Part shown: positions 60,671 to 64,000 of the stretch, piece after piece | Layout: every line of letters starts with the position of its first letter | How positions within the stretch are numbered: position 1 is the stretch's first letter | Assembly (NCBI RefSeq): GCF_964188315.1 | Contig: NC_135671.1 | Location: 35,712,001 to 35,776,000 of the forward strand | Source: Podarcis muralis | Taxonomy: Eukaryota | DNA length: 64,000 nucleotides | Direction of reading: 5' to 3' | Made by a program: the position numbers and the translations under genes | Notes under the pieces: generated by a model | What the model was told of the DNA's origin: nothing | The model's database searches: none | The model's input: the letters and a program-made list of their open reading frames with translations, nothing else

Positions 60671-61197
60671 ACTGTTGTGTTATAGAGATCCTGGGAGCTG
60701 CTAGAATTCATCTCAAAAGTTCATTTTGACAAACTTTTGGATGGAATCTTGGGGAGGTTTCAAGTGAATGAGGGAGGCAAAATTGTCTCTGCGTTTTGGG
60801 ATCAGGGTTGGTGAATTTCAACTTGGGCCACTTCTCCCAGCCTAATCTTCCACACAGGAGTGTCACAAGGAGGCAAGGAGGAGTAATGTAAACTACCCTG
60901 AACTCCATTGAAGAAGATTGGGATAAATGTGTATTAATCATAATAAATCACACCCCATCACTCAGTATTTTATTAAGCAGAAAAATCTGGTGAAAATCAG
61001 CTGTAATTAATAAACAGCTATACTAAATTGATTTTACATACCAGTTCTAACTTCTCCCTAAGAATTCTGGAATTTAAGTTTGGTGAGGATGCTGAGGACT
61101 CACAGAGATCTCTCACCCCCCACACTTAAATATGGTTTTTGACAGAGAAGGGATGACCATGAAGCCTGTTTAAATCTTCCCTGGTGTCCTTTGTCTT

Positions 61198-62148
61198 CTA
61201 ACATCCTTGAACCATTTTCATCTTGATGATCAGTCTTCTCAAAGCAGCTTTCATCTCCTTATTCCTGAGGGTGTAAATGAAGGGGTTCAGCATGGGGGTC
61301 ACCACAGTGTACATGAGAGAAGCGACAATGCTATTCTGGTCAGACTTCCTGGAGGAGGTCGGCTGCAAGTAGACCCAACAGAGGGTGCCATAGAAGAGGA
61401 CTACCACAGCCAGATGAGAACCACACGTGGAGAAGGCCTTGCGCTTCCCATTGGTGGATGGGACGTTTAGAATGGTGTAAAAAATGCACACGTAGGAAAT
61501 CACAATGAGGAAGAATGGGCCCAAAACATCCAAAAAGCCCTCGATTTGAGCTGTGGTCTTCACAGTGCTTGTGTCTGAGCACGCAAGTCCCAGCAATGGG
61601 TAGATCTCACAGAAGAATTGGGGGATCTCCTGAGAGGAGCAGAAGGTCAGATGGGACATTAACAGCGTATACAGAAGGGAATGGAGAGATGCCAGGAGCC
61701 AACAACCAACCACCAGTAGGAGGCAACGTTTGTGGTTCATGCGTGTGGCATAGTGTAATGGGTGGCAGATGGCCACGTAGCGATCATAAGCCATGGAAGT
61801 CAAGATGAAGCTGTCTGTGTTGCCAAACACTATGTAGAAATACATCTGCAAAAAGCAACCACCATAGGAGATGGTATTGACCTGAAAGAGGAGGTTCTGC
61901 AGCATCTTGGGGACAATCACAGAAGCAAAGCCCACGTCTGCTAAAGAAAGGTGGCTAAGGAAAAAATACATTGGTGTGTGGAGGAGGTGAGCATCAGAGT
62001 AGACCAGCAGGACAATCAGCAGGTTCCCCAGAAGGATCAACAGGTACATGGTGAGGAAGAGCAAGGCAAAGAGATGCTGATGCTCTGGCTGGGGAGAGAC
62101 ATCCAGGAGAATGAACTGCAATGGGCCCGTGTGGTTCTCTTCTCCCAT
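61198..62148 (-). CDS. Olfactory receptor (family-1-like), 316 aa
   Basis: NHT site, LHTPMYFFL, MAYDRYVAICHPLHY, KAFSTCGSHL and PMLNPFIYTLRN; acceptor about 10 nt upstream of the ATG. Confidence 0.95.
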   Translation of the reverse strand: MGEENHTGPLQFILLDVSPQPEHQHLFALLFLTMYLLILLGNLLIVLLVYSDAHLLHTPMYFFLSHLSLADVGFASVIVPKMLQNLLFQVNTISYGGCFLQMYFYIVFGNTDSFILTSMAYDRYVAICHPLHYATRMNHKRCLLLVVGCWLLASLHSLLYTLLMSHLTFCSSQEIPQFFCEIYPLLGLACSDTSTVKTTAQIEGFLDVLGPFFLIVISYVCIFYTILNVPSTNGKRKAFSTCGSHLAVVVLFYGTLCWVYLQPTSSRKSDQNSIVASLMYTVVTPMLNPFIYTLRNKEMKAALRRLIIKMKMVQGC

Positions 62149-62224
62149 GGCTCAGCTGTGAAAAGTAAGGGAAGAGAGTCAGGCATGTACAACTTCTTGG
62201 CACACCCACCAAATGGACCAAGGT

Positions 62225-62608
62225 GAATGTCTTAGGCTGGTGGGGGAAGGGAAGAGAGTCTTGCTCATCCATATGAGTGTCTGGAGGTGGCTGGAGGATG
62301 GGTGGCGGCTAATGTATTGAAGTTGAATTCCAACAAGGCAAAAGTATTGTTTCTGGGGGACGGGGTGGGCAGGTGTGGAGAACTCCCTGATCCTCAATGG
62401 GGTAACTGTGCCCTGAAGGACCAGATGCACAGCCTGGGAGTCTTCTCCCAGCTATCCATGGAGTCACAGGTTAATTCTGTGTCCAGGGCGGCTGTCTACC
62501 AGCTCCATCTGCTATGCAGGCTGAGACCTTACCTGCCTGTGCACTGTCTTGCCAGAGTGGTCCATGCTCTAGTTATCTCCCGCTTGGACTATTGCAATGT
62601 GGTCTATA

Positions 62609-62610
<2 letters not shown>
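62225..62610 (+). mobile_element. L2 LINE fragment upstream of the fourth OR
   Basis: GWVAANVLKLNSNKAKVLF...ARVVHALVISRLDYCN. Confidence 0.85.
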
Positions 62611-62611
<1 letters not shown>

Positions 62612-62656
<45 letters not shown>

Positions 62657-62663
62657 TGTGTGT
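62612..62663. repeat. Compound (CT)n(GT)n microsatellite
   Basis: Direct reading. Confidence 0.95.
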
Positions 62664-64000
62664 GGAATTACATGTGACTGGAAACAGAGTGTGCTTATGG
62701 GAGGTGGGGAGTAAATGCATCCCTTTGCCATCACTAAACAACAACAGCAATCTGCATGAGATGCTCTCAGTTGTCACACCATGGATTTTCTAAACTACAT
62801 TGTACCTGCTCTTGGAGAAATTATTCCTTCTCTTCAGGGTTTGTGCTAAAGCATGGAAGTGGACACATGAGGAGCTCTCAAATTAAGAGAATGAGAGAAC
62901 GAATCAGACTAAAAAAGGAAGGAGAGGAGAGTAGATGGTCTACCTCATTCATCCCTTCATCTCAGGAAATGTTTCTTTTAAATCTCCTGCCATTAAGAAT
63001 CACATCCATAACAGCAGCGTCCTCAAGATACCACTCTGTCTGTCTGTAAACCTAGAAGGATCCTCCTGAGTACTTCTGAAATTTGTTGCAAGTCACCTTG
63101 TGGAAAATCTTTTAGAAATGAGACATGTGAATACGATGATAAATAAATAATCTTGGATGCTGACTGCTGCCTACCTAACAGATTCCTTCCTCTTCTTTAC
63201 TTTCTGTAGTTGCTATTAGAACACATTCTCTAAGGAAACACTGGGGGATATTTGGCATTTACATTCACAGAAGGTATTTGTGTTTGTGTGTGAAAGTAAA
63301 TTCATTTCTGCTCTACACCATAAGCCTTCTTGTTTGATCCATGTTGAGTTGATCTGCCGTTGCTCTTGTCAATATCTCAAAACGGCTGAATTACATCCTC
63401 TCTCTGCAATGGAGGACTAGTTGGGAGAGAGCAGATAGCATAAGCAAATCAACATTGTGTGGAAAGAGTTTGCAATGGAACCAAACGAAATGGATGCCTT
63501 TATAGAAAGCAGGAGAGCTCTGAGCCCCCAGCTGGAGGGTTCCAGGGCAACTACAGGGCCCAATCCCAGGTTAGCAAAGATTCCTGGCTCAAGGCAACCC
63601 AGATTTTATACAGTGCAGGTGCTCACCAGGTAAGGAATGTCCAATTTGCTCAGCAGGTTGTCATTTCAATGTGGAAGAAGTCAGATTCTAGAGGAAGTGA
63701 GCAAATGAAATGAGGTCCAGTTGTTGAAAAGGAATTGGGGTGAGCAGGGGAACGTCGTGGCATGACAATCCATTAGCACTGTGACTCAGCCAGAAATGTT
63801 GAGTTAGCGAAGCTCTCTGATGCAGACAAATGAAATGGTGTAGATTTTTCTGTCCGTCTATCGCGCAGTGTCACTGCTGATCTTGCAGTCCCTACGTTAC
63901 AAAAGAGATTTATCTTCCTTTCTTGAGTGCTAGCTGGGTTGTTGCAGCATGGAAGAGCACGCATCTGCATGGCATTGGGGTATTTTTCAGTTGAGAAGAT

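Noticed and set aside
63400-64000. Possible DIRS or receptor-like fragment at the window end
   Set aside because: Only a few weakly suggestive residues and stops in all frames; cannot be supported.

Overview
Eukaryotic (squamate, probably lacertid lizard, inferred from the Sauria SINE, BovB, CR1, L2, Penelope and hAT repeat complement) genomic DNA with one 143-N gap. The left half holds two spliced + strand genes reconstructed exon by exon: FDX2 (5 coding exons, 168 aa) and ZGLP1 (5 coding exons, 331 aa), in the same order as in mammals. The right half is a minus-strand olfactory receptor cluster (4 intact ORFs, two of them a recent duplicate pair), possibly with a decayed V2R-like pseudogene. 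Between the duplicated ORs lies a nest of LTR elements: a decayed Gmr1-like (SCAN-gag) Gypsy element carrying a full-length Tf1/sushi-type chromovirus (32022-37863; LTRs apparently identical; CTCTG TSD) and a related solo LTR. The chromovirus is the most interesting object. (1) Its Pol reads through the PPT into U3 and gains a 110-aa tail with an HMGN-like RRSARL motif, conserved at protein level in the divergent solo LTR. (2) It keeps a PEG10-type GGGAAAC slippery site plus a predicted pseudoknot although gag and pol are in the same frame. (3) It has a self-priming PBS. Penelope-derived minimal hammerhead ribozyme motifs and several nested insertions are also present. All homology calls are from recall and manual reading, not database searches.
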